The notes under the pieces are model-generated. The model was not told the DNA's origin and ran no database searches. It saw nothing but the letters and a program-made list of their open reading frames with translations. DNA of 64,000 nucleotides, from NCBI RefSeq assembly GCF_018350175.1, contig NC_058369.1, forward strand, positions 18,912,001-18,976,000, read 5' to 3'. Numbering within the stretch: position 1 is the stretch's first letter; each line of letters starts with the position of its first letter. This document shows, in pieces, positions 1 through 15,254 of this stretch. A program made the translations under genes and the position numbers. Origin of the DNA: Felis catus. Taxonomy: Eukaryota.

Positions 1-1068
1 CCATGATAGAAGGGGAAGTGGGTCACAGACGTAGAGGGGGTTCCTCTCTATTTTGTTGTTGGATTAGGAGGGCAGAAATCTGCCCCTATGAAGGGCAACC
101 CCCTAAATCAGACTATGGGACACTGCCATGCAGCAGGCCCCCTTCAATGGAGAGGACTGTAGACTGAACTTAAGGGACTCCATCAGAAAAGAGCCAGGGG
201 ATACCAGCCCTCCCTGTTTGGCTCAGGGTAAGGACCAAGCTAGGCTGGTGCATGACGTGCTGGGCCTGCACTCTGCCTTCCAGTTTTCACTGCCACATCC
301 CAACTGCTCCTCCTTCCCCTTACAGGCTCATGAAGCTCAGGGCACAGGGCAACCCACTGCAGAACCCAGGAGGGCAGGAAATAGCATAAGGGTGTTGGTG
401 AGAACTTTCCAGGGACAAAGATGGAAGCTTCTACCCCCCCTCCCCCACTCATTCTCTTTCACTTCTGAGGACCCCTAAAGCTACCAAGCAGTGCCCCCAA
501 CCATGCGACCAGTCTTGTCTTAAAGCATACTGCCCTAGATTTTTGAATTCTCTGTACAAGCCTGTGTCCATTCTTAGAGCAGCCCACATACCACAGGCAC
601 ATACCTTCATGTGCAGGAGCCTAAGACCGCTGACAGGGCCTCGCTGGAGGACCAGCTCTCAGGGCAAGGCCACCCAAGATTAGGGCCTGGGAAAGGATGG
701 GACCTGCAGGGCCTGCCTGGGGAAATTGTGAGGCAAAAAGGGAAGGGGAAGGGAGCAGGGACCTCCTGAGTATCCCTAGAGCAGCATCCCGCAAGGAACA
801 GAAACTGGTGAAGCTAGCGAAAGACAGAAAAGCCACAAGGAATCCATGCAGGGGCTGGGGCCGGTCCTGCCTCTGGCCTGCCCACCACTCACGCACATAC
901 ACACAGGAGATGAGACTGCTCTCCCGTGGCCCCCAGACATGCCCCACACTGGGAGGCAGGGGCAGGGGGAGCAAGGGCATCAGGCCAATGACTCTATGTA
1001 CAGTGAGAAGCCCCTCATCCACTCTCCCACCCTCCTGCCCATCCCCTGCCCCACACCAGACTGCCCAC

Positions 1069-4164
<3,096 letters not shown>

Positions 4165-4544
4165 TGCCAGTCTCTGAGCTGCAGACAGGATGGAGTCTGG
4201 CTCAGCTGTACCACAACATGGAGGCTTCTCCCCACAGTATGGAGGCTGGCTCTGGGAGACCCCAGCATGGCTCAGGACAAGGCAAGGGGCAGAGACTGCA
4301 CTAGGAAGGGCTAGAGGGTGGTCAGCCTCCTACCCCTGCTTTTCTGGCCACAGCTCCTGCCACTCAGCTTGGCTGCCTGAACTACAACAGCCCCTACTTA
4401 CGAAAAACATATTAAACTGACATATCAGGGAATCACTTTCTATTATGTACATTAAAAAAATTTTTTACCAATTTCTCTAAATTTTAGCTATTGCACAGAT
4501 GATGGGGAATATAACCACCCACCCAGCAGATAGCCATCTCTGAA

Positions 4545-5012
4545 AGTCTGAAGATACCAAGTGTTAGCAAAGACTTGAGCAGAAATGCATACATTTTTGC
4601 CGCAGGACACTCATATTACACAGCAATGGAAATGAAGGAGCTATAGCTATAGCCAACCACATGGTGAATCTCACCAATACAGTGTTGAGTGAAATAGACA
4701 CAAAAGAATACATACGGCATAATCCTATTGATTCAGAGTTCAAAACATGCAGAACTAACTTGTACTAAGGATACAAACATTCTGGTAAAACTGTTTTCAA
4801 AAAGAGCTAGGAAATAAGTACCATGAGTCCTTCCACAAGAAAGAGAGTAGTTGCGATTGAGTAGGACACGGGCAGATTCTGGAGAGCTGATTTCTGAACC
4901 TGAGTGGTGGTTTTCACAGGTGTTTGCTTTATAATAATTTGTAAAAATGTACATACAAGTTTGGGGCACATTTCTAGATTTTCCATATATTTCACAATTT
5001 TAAAATGTTGAT
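4545..5012 (+). mobile_element. Old L1M(E)-type LINE 3' fragment (continues in pieces to ~6125 between SINEs)
   Basis: AT-rich L1 3'-end-like phrases (acagcaatggaaatgaa, tgaatctcaccaat..gtgttgagtgaaa, cacaaaagaatacatac); boundaries approximate. Confidence 0.6.
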
Positions 5013-5031
5013 AAAAATTATAGCTATCTGT

Positions 5032-5281
5032 GGGGGTGCCTGGGTGGCTCTTTCGGTTAAACACAGACTTCGGCTCAGGTCATGATCTTGTGGTTTGCAA
5101 GTTCGAGCCCCACATCAGGCTCTGTGCTGACAGCTTAGAGTCTGGAGCCTGCTTCAGATTCTGTATCTCCCGCTGTCTCTGCCCCTCCCCCACTCGTTCT
5201 CTCTCTGTCTCTCTCTGTCTCTCTCTCTCTCTCTTTCTCTCAAAAATAAAATAAACACAAAAAATTTTTTAATCAAAAAAG
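5032..5281 (+). mobile_element. Can-SINE (SINEC, felid type)
   Basis: ggggtgcctgggtggctc head, (CT)n, A tail; TSD aaattatagc(t/c)atc at ~5015 and ~5282. Confidence 0.9.
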
Positions 5282-5316
5282 AAATTATAGCCATCCATAC
5301 TGAAGAACACTTGGTA

Positions 5317-5540
5317 GGGGCGCCTGAGTGGCTCAGTTGGTTAAGCGTCCAACTTCGGCTCAGGTCATGATCTTGTGGTTTGCAAGTTCGAGCCCCACAT
5401 CGGGCTCTGTGCTGACAGCTTGGAGCCTGGAGCCTGTTTCAGATTCTGTGTCTCCCTCTCTCTCTGCCCCTCCCCTGCTCATGCTCTGTCTCTCTCTGTC
5501 TCTCGAAAATAAATAAATGTTAAAAAAAATTTAAAAAAAA
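5317..5540 (+). mobile_element. Can-SINE (SINEC, felid type)
   Basis: ggggcgcctgagtggctcagttggttaagcgtcc head, CT repeat, A tail; degenerate TSD aagaa(c/t)act(t/g)ggta. Confidence 0.9.
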
Positions 5541-5671
5541 GAATACTGGGTAGCTATTACAAAGAATAAAGTATGGAAATGCACTGCTGTTGGATGGTTT
5601 CTGAGATATGTTAAGTAGAAAAGCAAGGGACAGAATGCTGGGTCAAGGGTGCTGCTATTTGGGTAAATTTT

Positions 5672-5740
5672 TTATTTAAAAACAATTTTTTAAATGTTTG
5701 TTTTTTGAGAGAGAGAGAGCATGAGCATGAGTGGGGGAGG

Positions 5741-5818
<78 letters not shown>

Positions 5819-5946
5819 ATCTGAAGCAGGCTCCAGGCTCTGAGCTCTCAGCTCAGAACCTGACACAGGACTCAAACTCATAGACCATGAGATCGTGGCC
5901 ACAGCCAAAGTTAGACGCTTAACCAACTGAGCCACCCAGGCTCCCC
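5672..5946 (-). mobile_element. Can-SINE with expanded (GA)n microsatellite
   Basis: Reverse-strand SINE ending ccacccaggctcccc; long GA repeat 5744-5814; TSD tgggtaaatttttt. Confidence 0.9.
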
Positions 5947-8900
5947 TGGGTAAATTTTTTAAAGTTTATGTTCCAGTGTACACTCCAAACTCCATTCTGG
6001 AAAGACAGCTAAGAAAATCAGAGTGCTCTTTGGGGCAAAGAATTGTGCGTTAAAGGGGCAGATTTATATCTTGTATTATTTTCTGTTAGAATTTTTACTA
6101 TGATTACCTTTATTGATTTAATAAATGTTGCATTCAGGCACAGTCCTTGGAGAGTTTCCTCAGAGAGACCCCATTTGGGTGGAAGTGAGGAAAGGCTTTG
6201 AGGAAGAAGCAGCAGCAGGGCTGAGCCTTAGAGGAGAAGGATTTGCCAGGAGGCATGCAGGGGTAAACGGTCCAGAAAAGCTAGACAAGCCTGCCAGGGC
6301 CTCACTGCCAGGGCCCACAGGAGACCTGGGCAGTCAGGTCCAGGGAATAAGATCCTGGCCAGGGGTGGGTGTCACAAAGGTGACCACATGCAGCTGACTA
6401 CAGTGGGTTCCAGGCACTCTGGGCACCTGGGACATGGCACCCATGGGTCTGCAACCTTGCCAACCCAATCCTCACCTGCGGTGCTGGGTGGACTGGCTCC
6501 AGCACCCAAAGGAAAATGCACTCGCAGCTCTTGCTACAGGTAAACTTCAGGAGGGGAGTTAGTGACTGTCTGGACCTCCATAACACATGGTTAATGTGAT
6601 ACTGAGGCCATGGCAAAAGCTCTGCATGGAGGCTGCAAACGACCCTGCTGCTGCTGGCTGTGCATACCGTCCCTCCATGCCGATTAGCACCTGCTGTGCA
6701 CCTAGATGCTCCCCTATCTGGACTCACTGCAACTACACGGTAGTAGAGAAGGAAAGAGGCCATCCCCAGAGGAAGCCGCTTGGGTCACAGGGACTCTGCC
6801 AGCCAGGGTCAAAGGCCAGGACCCACACAAGTCCCATGGCTAGCCCTGGCTTTTGCTTGATTCCTCCCAGGCAGAGGCCACTCCCTCCCCAGGGGTCATA
6901 GTCCCGTAAGTTTTCCCTCAAATTTGTCCTCAGCATTAGGAAACAAATTTCATCCTTCCCTCATATGGGTTATTTGGGCTCAGGAAACACAAATGCATTT
7001 CACTGGCGTGATTTAAGCCAGGGCTTAAGCCATCTTGTGAGGCACTGCAGAGGCAAACAAGAGAAGCTTTGAAGATTGTCCCCGACTGTGTGTCTTTGCC
7101 ACCATGGTCACAGCCCTGCTCCTGCGTCTGCCGGAGAGGAGCATGTGGCTGGAATCCCACACTCACAGCTGAGAGCAGAGGCACAGCCACCCACCACTGC
7201 CGGCCACTCATCTCTGTGCCCTAACAATCTGGGGGAGGGGGCCTGCATCAGTCCCTCAATGGCTCTAACGCACTGTGATTCCCTTTCCGGGCTGGAATCC
7301 AAGAGCCATGTACTGGGCAGGAGGGTGGTACCTCAGCCTGTGGGCCCCCCAGGAGAGGTGGGAGGGACCTGTGTCCCAGCTCTGTTGCTTTGCTTACACC
7401 GTTCCCTGTGGCAGGAATGCCCTTCCCCCAAAGCTTCCCATCAGTATCCTATTTGTCACGGCAGAGTTATTTATAACGTAAAAAAAAATCAGCAACTACC
7501 TAAAATCCAACAACAGGTGACTAACCAGCTCAACTGTGTCCATTCAATGGCAGGAAGTGTGGACACTGACAAGGGTACTGCCCACCTTGGCCTCCCTGTG
7601 AAGCAGCCTCCACATGAGCTAGGTGTCAAGACCGGTGCTTAATCTCTTTCTTGGTTTGTTGTGATTTCTGACATTATAAGGTTGTTTGTGCAACCAATTG
7701 TCTAAAATGATTCTGATGTTCCAGGCTCAAAATGGCCCTTCTCTGAGATACTTTCCACAACCTCCACTTCCCCCACCCTATCAGCTCCTTGCTCTGCTGC
7801 ATGGTGTGGGAGATTCTGTATATGCCCATCCCTGATATTGGCCCAGCTTTCAGCCATACATATTCTCTTGTGCTCGCAAGGATCCAGGGTTAGTCTTGTG
7901 GTCTCCTCCACCACAGAAATCCAGGCCTCTGCTCACAGTCACATCAGCCTGGATCTAGATCCTAAAACCTCATGAATGGGGCAGGGACAGATGGGCCTCT
8001 CTCCCTACTGTGGGTGCCCTGATCTCAGTCGGTTACTGCTTCCCTCACCAAACTGTACCCATTTGCCTCTACCCCTTTTCTAGCCCCAGGGCGAAGAAAG
8101 GAGAAAAGGGGTCCCCTCTACCCCCACCCTCTCCACCATCTGCTGCCCACTGCTGCTGCCTGGGAGGTTGCTGGTGTGCGCACCAAGCCCCTGGCACCTG
8201 CTTGCAACAAGGGAGGCCCTGGTCCTGAAGCTAGGGGAACAGTCAAGGGACAGCTTCAAGAACGGTGACAAGCCAGGCAGAAAGGGGTTTGCATTTCTCA
8301 CCCCCCATGGCCCAGTCAGCCCAGACCCAATACCCAACAGTGGAGAACTATTCTCCCACTGACACAGGGGCAGAGCCCAGGTCCACACTGGGACATGGGA
8401 GGACACAGAAGCCCCATAACGCCCGTTTGCCTAGACATGGCTCTTTTCATTTCCTGCAGAGAAACGGTGTGCACAGGGGGCTGTCCAAAGGGAGCTCAGG
8501 GGAAGCGCGGAGCCTGGCACTGCCAGTGCCCTCCAGCTGACTCTAAGGATGCCTGATGGCCAAGCACTCCCAGTTACTGCCTGCTCCTCAGGTCTGACCC
8601 CTGGGCTTGGGCAATCGAGCCTCAGGCAAACCTGAGGGAGACTCTGCCTGTTGGTGCCCTGGTAATAAAGGGTCCCATAGGGGCCCTGCTGCAGCCTTAA
8701 GCAAGTCTGGCTCCAGAGGTCCTGTGGTCCTGCATTGGAGTCTTGTTCCCTCCTCCACTGGGGTCAGCCTGGTTCAGGCCCCACCTTTCACAGCAATAAA
8801 CAAGTTTCCCGCTGCCCTGGACCTCTCCCATATAGAGTTCCAGAGCTTGCAGTAAATCTTGGGAGGCCAGGAGGGGCCCAAGAGGCCTCCTGTTACCTCC

Positions 8901-11559
8901 CAACAACTGTGGGCAACACCTCCCGATTTAGTGGCAGCTGTGAACACCAGCCTTCAGGTACCCCCTCCCCTCCCCTACTCTCCTCTCTCAGGGACTGGGG
9001 CTGCATTTCCTGCTGCAAAGGACATGCCTAGGCCCAAGCCTTGCCTGGCTCTCACAGCTGAGGTCTCACTAGAAGGACCAGGGGAAATGGAGACTTCATC
9101 CTCAGGGTCTGGTGTCAGAAGGCACAGCCAATCTTCTAGCCCACTGTCCACCTGCTTCAGGGACATGGGCAGGGGGCCGCTGTGGCTGGGCCTCAGGCTC
9201 CAGCTAAACCACGGTCCATAGTTCCTGCTGCTGACTCTCCTGTCTAATGACGGAGTAAGGACAGGGGGCCTCTCCAGCCTCAGCAGTGGGCATATAGTCC
9301 AGTGGTGCCTCCAGAAAGTTCAGCCTTGAACTTGGCATGACAGGGCTAAGAACCAACTGGACCCTCCCAGGCACCTGGGGTCCCAGTCTTTGAACCCCTG
9401 AAGGAAAATCCACTGGGCGGCCCTGCTGCCCTGTGGGTGGAGGAGGGAAATGCAGGGGAAGGCCCCAGAGTAAAGGATTGCTATGGTGATGGAAGTTTTG
9501 AAACAAAGGGAAGGGGAAGGGGAGAGGTGTTGGCCAACCCCTTTTCTAAGAATTCCTTGAGATTTTGGCCCAACTCCTTCCCCATGGGTTCTGGCACCTG
9601 GCCCCATCAAGGAAGGGGAGGAGGGGGAATTGAGAGACTTTAGAAAAGAGAGGGGGGGGCAGGAACAGTGAGGGACAATGGCAAAAAGTGATGGAAGGGT
9701 GACAATAAAAAGGACACAGGCACAATGACACAGGCAAGAAAGGTGGGTAGGGGTTCTGAAGGGGTCTATGGGCACCCAGCAGAGCCTTAAGGCCTCCACA
9801 GCCATATGCTCTGAACACCTGGGCCATGAGCTGCCCATGGTGCCTGGACCTTTGACACCGAACCCTCCTGTGTCCCTCAGAAATGCACTGAACTTGGTGT
9901 GGGAAGCACAACCACGCCTGGGGGAAGAGGCCAGCTGTTGCAGTCCCCTCCGAACAATTCCATGGCCCCTCTCCCAATCATTAGGCAGCTTAGGTAAGGC
10001 AGGTCCATCAGGTGGAGGGTGCATGCCTGGAGAAGGGGGCTGGAAAGAAGCTTAGAGACCTGGCTGCTTCCCTTTGTAGCCCCTTCTCTCAACTGGCCCA
10101 GCCCAGCCTAGACTAGCCACGCCCCCTTTACCTGCCATCCTCCCCAGGCCTTGGGTCCCCAGGGCCCCTCTTGCAGTTCAGCCTAATTCCCTGCTGCAGC
10201 CATCCCACTTTCCAACAGTGGATCCCGTCAGGGGGGCCAGAAACAGCACCCTAAACAACCCAGAAACAGGATAACAACCGCACAGCACCAACCCCCTGCC
10301 TCAATTTCCCTAGATGGAGATCATGAAGTCTGTGGCCTTCTTCCAGGGCAAGGAATGGTGGCCAGGACATGGGCTGGAGAGGAGGGCCAGCAGCAGATAT
10401 GGGGAAGGCAGCCTTTGGCACCTGGGGGTTCACACCAAATGCTATGAAAGAAGGGCAGAGACCTCTGCCGCACCCTGAGCCCAGCCTGACACTGAGGGGA
10501 GGAGAGACACCAATTTCCCAGTGGAGAAAACTGGGGTCCATCAGGTGGCTAAAATTCAACTGAGGAGGTGTGGAGTGGGGGGAGGGGGAGAATCAGGTCT
10601 CTCTAGGTGGTCCTGGGGGGCTCAGAGTCTGGGCCTTGGAGGGGGGCAGCAGGACAGGGGCTGGACTGCTGCAGACTAAGCTTTTGGTGAAGGATAGAGG
10701 GCCCTGCCCCCCAGAAGTGAACCTGGTGGAGCAGGCTCTGTCTACGGGGTGCGGACAAAAGCAGTTTGGCACAGCTATGGGGGGCTGGGAGAGCCTAGGG
10801 TCTCTGACAGACACTACAAGCTGGGTAAGGCAGAAATTCATTTGTTCATTGTCCACTGCCCCCCCCCCACACACACCAGCCAGGGACCCTGCTCCCCAAC
10901 GTGGCGCCACCCTGACCCCCTTCCCCAGCGCTGCTGACTCGCCCCCGCTGGCACAGCAACACACATGCGGGAGGCACACGTGTGAGCACCAAGCCCCGCA
11001 CCTCCCAGCAGAAACATGTGCGTCCCCTACCCCCACCGCGCAGCGCTGGGTCGGTGCCCTGAACCCCCGACTGGCCCCCACGTTAAGGCTTGGAAGCTGA
11101 ATCTTGGCTAGGGGGCTGCGGGCCCCCAGGGGCTTGGGGCCTCCTCCCCCACCTCGCGGCAGCCCCGCCCAGCCCCCTTCAGGTTGTCGCCTATAAAGAA
11201 CTCTCCGTTGTCATGGAAATTAGTGACTGCCTAGCTGGAGGAAGGGGACCCGGGGGCAGTTGGGAGGGGTTGAAGGCGGCTCTGGGAGTCAGGAGGGTCG
11301 GCTTAGCCCTCGGCCCCTACCCCCAAGGGGCACCACGAACCTTGGAGGGTTAAGGTTTTCACAATTAGGAGCCCAGCAAGACGGAGGGGGGGGGGGGGCG
11401 AGAGGGGCGGAGGGGGGTCGGGGGGAGAAAGATTCGCCTGACTTGAGTCTCAGAGGCTTCCCCTGGGACCCCCGAGCCGTGAGAGGTGACGGGGAACTTT
11501 AAGCCCAACCCCGCTCTCTGACCCCCGGATCTCCAGAACCCTCGTGCTCTGCCCCCACT

Positions 11560-12010
11560 GAGACCCCAAGCCCTGGCGGAGCCCCCGCGCACTGAGCGAC
11601 CCGAATCTTGAGCCAGAGACCCAATCCCCCAAGACCCCCACAACGTGCGTTCAGGGGGCGCCCCCCCCCTCGCGGCCCGCCCCGCACCTGCAGCGCCGGT
11701 CGGTCACACGGAGGAAGCGATCTCGGGTTCAGTGGGGCGCCGAGGGTTCCGGGGGCGGCGGGCAGAATCCGCTCCGGGCACGCGGGGCAGACGCGGCGCC
11801 AGCTGCAGCCGCTTGGGCTCGCAAACCTCCAGCATCTCCCGCCGCTCGCCGGCACCGGATTCGCACCCCGGGCCGGGGGCGGGCTGGGGGCGGGGCCTCC
11901 CTCAACCGGCTCCGCCCGGGCCCTTGAGGAGCTTGAGGCCAGAAACCCACTCGAAGGGGGGCGGACGACCAGCGGTAAAGAGTTGTTGAGCACTGGCCAG
12001 CCTGGCGCCG
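11560..12010 (-). promoter_or_regulatory. CpG island / CAMKV promoter with GC boxes
   Basis: Dense CpG, GGGCGG boxes at ~11877-11895. Confidence 0.8.
11688..11875 (-). other. CAMKV: CAMKV non-coding exon 1 (5' end approximate)
   Basis: CpG-rich segment ending GGCGCTGCAG|GTGCGG donor at 11687; resembles recalled CAMKV 5'UTR. Confidence 0.7.
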
Positions 12011-15000
12011 GCCTGGCTCTCAAAGACTCCCTTAGGCCCTGGGACTGACTGGGCAACAGGGGCCAGAGGGGCCTTCTTATACACATGGCAGGGAGTGGGG
12101 AGTAGGAGGTGTGGGGAAAGCCAGAGTCCTGGAGCTGCACAGGAATCTCTTGGCAGGTAGTAGTCCCCAGGGGACCAGCACTCTGCCTAGCTCCCAAAAC
12201 CTGACCCAAAGGGTGGAACCTACTTACAAGAACAAAGTGTGCAGTTGCTAGGGCAAGCTGCATTACAGATTGGCATCCTCTAGCTAAGAATAGTAAGCAC
12301 ATGGTTGGGTATGTGGGCAAGTGGTCAGTGAGGGCTCCAGACCATGGTGGCAGAACCTCCTATTCCCCCACCCCACCCCAATTCAGCCTTTCTCATTCCG
12401 AAGTCCCAGCCAGGGTGGCTAGCCCAGCCCACAAGGCTGGCCCCCCTCCTTGTGCAGCACTGAATTTCCCAGCCTATAAAAATCACCTATGACATGGTAT
12501 GGATTGTGCTTTCCAGTTTAATCACCCTCAAACACTTCATGAGCAGCATCACCACCAGCAGCCTAGGCTGGGATGTGGGGATAAAGGAGAACTATTGCAC
12601 CAAGGGGTCCCACCAGTCCTGTCCTCTGATGGGAAGAGGCTAAGAACTGCCTGGAAGATTTGAAAGAAGTCCTTGGCCATTTCTTTGTCCTTTGTCAGGG
12701 AGGCACATAGACCCAATGCTTGCCCCTTCCCCCTCACAAGCACTGAGAACCATCCTGAGGCCCATGTCGGAAGGCCAGACAGGCTTCTTGGTGCCTGGAG
12801 CTGGGTTCCACCCCACCCCAAACCTCCCAGTGAGCCTTCTGACCCCATCCTGGGTAAGGTCATTTCCAAACCCTTGGATTTGAGTGAGTCTTCCCTGTAT
12901 GGCCCCCCATGGCTGCTGACAGGAGTGACTGCTCAAGTGAGGAAGTTGGGGCTGGAGTTGGGAAGGCTAGCCTGGGAAATGACCACTCAAACAAGGCCCC
13001 TCAATATCTTCCTCCAGACAAAGGTGTCAAGGAGCTCTTTACATCCTTCCCTGGCTTTGGGTCACCTCTTCCAGGCCAGGCTGATGCCACCTCTGGGCCC
13101 TCTGTGCTCTGGGTGGTCTCAGTCACAGCACCAACCCCACCACTGTGTAGGAATCTCCTGGCAGGCTAGGCATCAGCAGGGCAGAGGCTGTGTTTCATTT
13201 CAGTATGCTCAGTTCACGTCTGCAGAATGAATGAATGGCCTGGTATTCGGTCCTTCCTGCTGTCTGCCCACTGTCCTTGAAACAATGGTTTTCTGAGTTG
13301 TATAGTACAGCTGAGCCATGGCTTGCTGACCCCACACATGTGACATACATTTTCTGGCTTTCCTGAAGGTCATAGCTCTCTGAGTATGAAGAAGCTGGGC
13401 TAAGGAGAAACTAGAATGGGGGATTTAGAGGCAGGGGAAGAGGTGGTTTGCTAGAGCCCTGCCTGCTGCTGGCAGTGCTCCACCTCTTCTTGGTCGTGTG
13501 CACACTCCATGTGCCTGTGGGTGAGTGCACGTGGTGGGGTGTGTGTGTACACGTGTGAGTGTATGTGTGCGTGAGCTCTTCTGCTGAAGGAGACGGCAAT
13601 AGCACAGTGTGTGCAGTGGTGCCCAGTGGCACGTGTATCTGCATTCTGTGTGCACCCAGGCGTGCTTGCTCGCACATGTACATGGACACTGTTGCTAGTC
13701 TGTGAAGCCACTGGTCCCTGGAGCCACCGGTCCCCTCCCTGCCTGACACAGGCCTCAGGACTGTGGAGGCTGAATCAGGATATGGGAGCAGGATGTGGGA
13801 AGAGCCTGGGCCATGCCCGAGGGCTGGCAGGGGCTGTGATGACCCTACATCACAGGCTATTTCCAGTCTCCCCACCCAGGACAGCCCCTCACTGTCAGGC
13901 ATTTGGTGGGGGGCGCAGCGGGGGGGGCGGGTAGCCGGGTCTTTGCGCTTTGTGGATAGAGCAACCTAAAGATGAGAACACAGTGCTGGGATGGGAGCAC
14001 GCTTGTCCCTCAGCCCCCAGCCAGGGAGACACAGGCAGGGTAGGGCTTCAGTGTTTTGGCTTCAATCTCTAGCCACCCTCCGGGCAGGAGGTAGCAATAC
14101 CAACTGGATGCCATCCTCTCAACTCTTCCAGGCCATGGACTGGGCCCACGTGGAACTTTATTCCCACCTCTACTATTTAGAGCTAGACAAGGTCAGGGGC
14201 CATGGCTTCTAGCCAACCCCCTGGCCAGAGGAATGGTGGAAAGCCCTTTAGGACAGGGCAGAGTTTGGGAAAAGAGGAGGGGCAGTTGGCATTGACATTG
14301 TCCAGTAGCCTCTATGAAGATATCCTGAAGAAGCCAGTACCCTAGGCCAGTGGGCAGGGAAGCCCAGGTCGGGAGGCTGAGGAGGGGAAAGGAGCCCAAG
14401 GTTGACAGTTCTGGCTCTCACCAGAGATAGACAGTCAGAGAGGCAGGATAAAGTGTGAGCCTACCTATCCACAGAGCCCACAAAGCGAGTCAGATCCTCA
14501 TTGCCCAGTTCAGGTTGTATCTCCCACCCAAGATCCAGGACTTATCTGACACCTGCATGACCCTGACTTCCTGCCCCAGGGCACCAAAGGCCAGCACTCC
14601 CATACCCTCATACTCTGACTAGCCACAGAAGCATAGAGCTTTAGGCAAAGTTCAGACTTTTCACCAGGCCAGCTACCCCAAGAAGCCCAGACTTTTATAG
14701 GTACCCTCTCTTGGAAGCAACAAATGTTCCAGGTCCCCAGCCATCTTTGGAACTGTTAGGCTGTTGTCCATGTTGCTGTCCTTAGCCCCCCGTAGAGGGC
14801 CCAAGATGGAGGAGGGAGGAGGGCAAGCCATCTTTTCCTCTGGAGCTAGGGGAGGGGGCTGTCCCCCCCCTTCATGACTCACTCCAGGCTGTGTGGGTTA
14901 TTACATTATGTTTGAAATTGCCATGACAACCAGCTGGCAATCAAGGGTAATTGCACTTGTCGCCAGGGCAACGGGGCAAAACCCACAGCAGCCACTGTCT

Positions 15001-15254
15001 ATGATTGCCCTTGGGGTGCAGTAAAGGTCAGACTAGACCAGAGCCAATGCCAGCCAAGGGACTCTGAGGTTCTCTGGAAAGGATAGGATTGCCAGGGCCC
15101 ATGGAGTTCCATTGTGCAGAGGCAGGGTGTGCCTTGGGAGTGCCAGGGTCCCCATCTCTAACTCCATGCCTGGACCTCTGTCCTTCCCCACACCACTCTG
15201 TGTCTAAAACATGCCACAATGCTCGAAGTAACCAGAACCAGAACTTTTATATGC

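Noticed and set aside
5030..5935. ORFs with LSLSLS tracts and tRNA-like heads
   Set aside because: Translations of Can-SINEs; the heads are SINE A/B boxes, not tRNA genes
11385..11426. G-quadruplex-capable G-runs in CAMKV intron 1
   Set aside because: Common near CpG-island promoters; nothing specific to support a function
11499..12320. 273-aa ORF and overlapping ORFs at the CAMKV promoter
   Set aside because: CpG-island artefact, Pro/Arg/Gly-rich with no recognisable domain
13490..13660. Several TGCRCNC metal-response-element cores
   Set aside because: Expected by chance in this GT/CA-rich low-complexity tract
14760..14780. REST/NRSE-like motif upstream of CAMKV
   Set aside because: Mismatches at core positions of both half-sites
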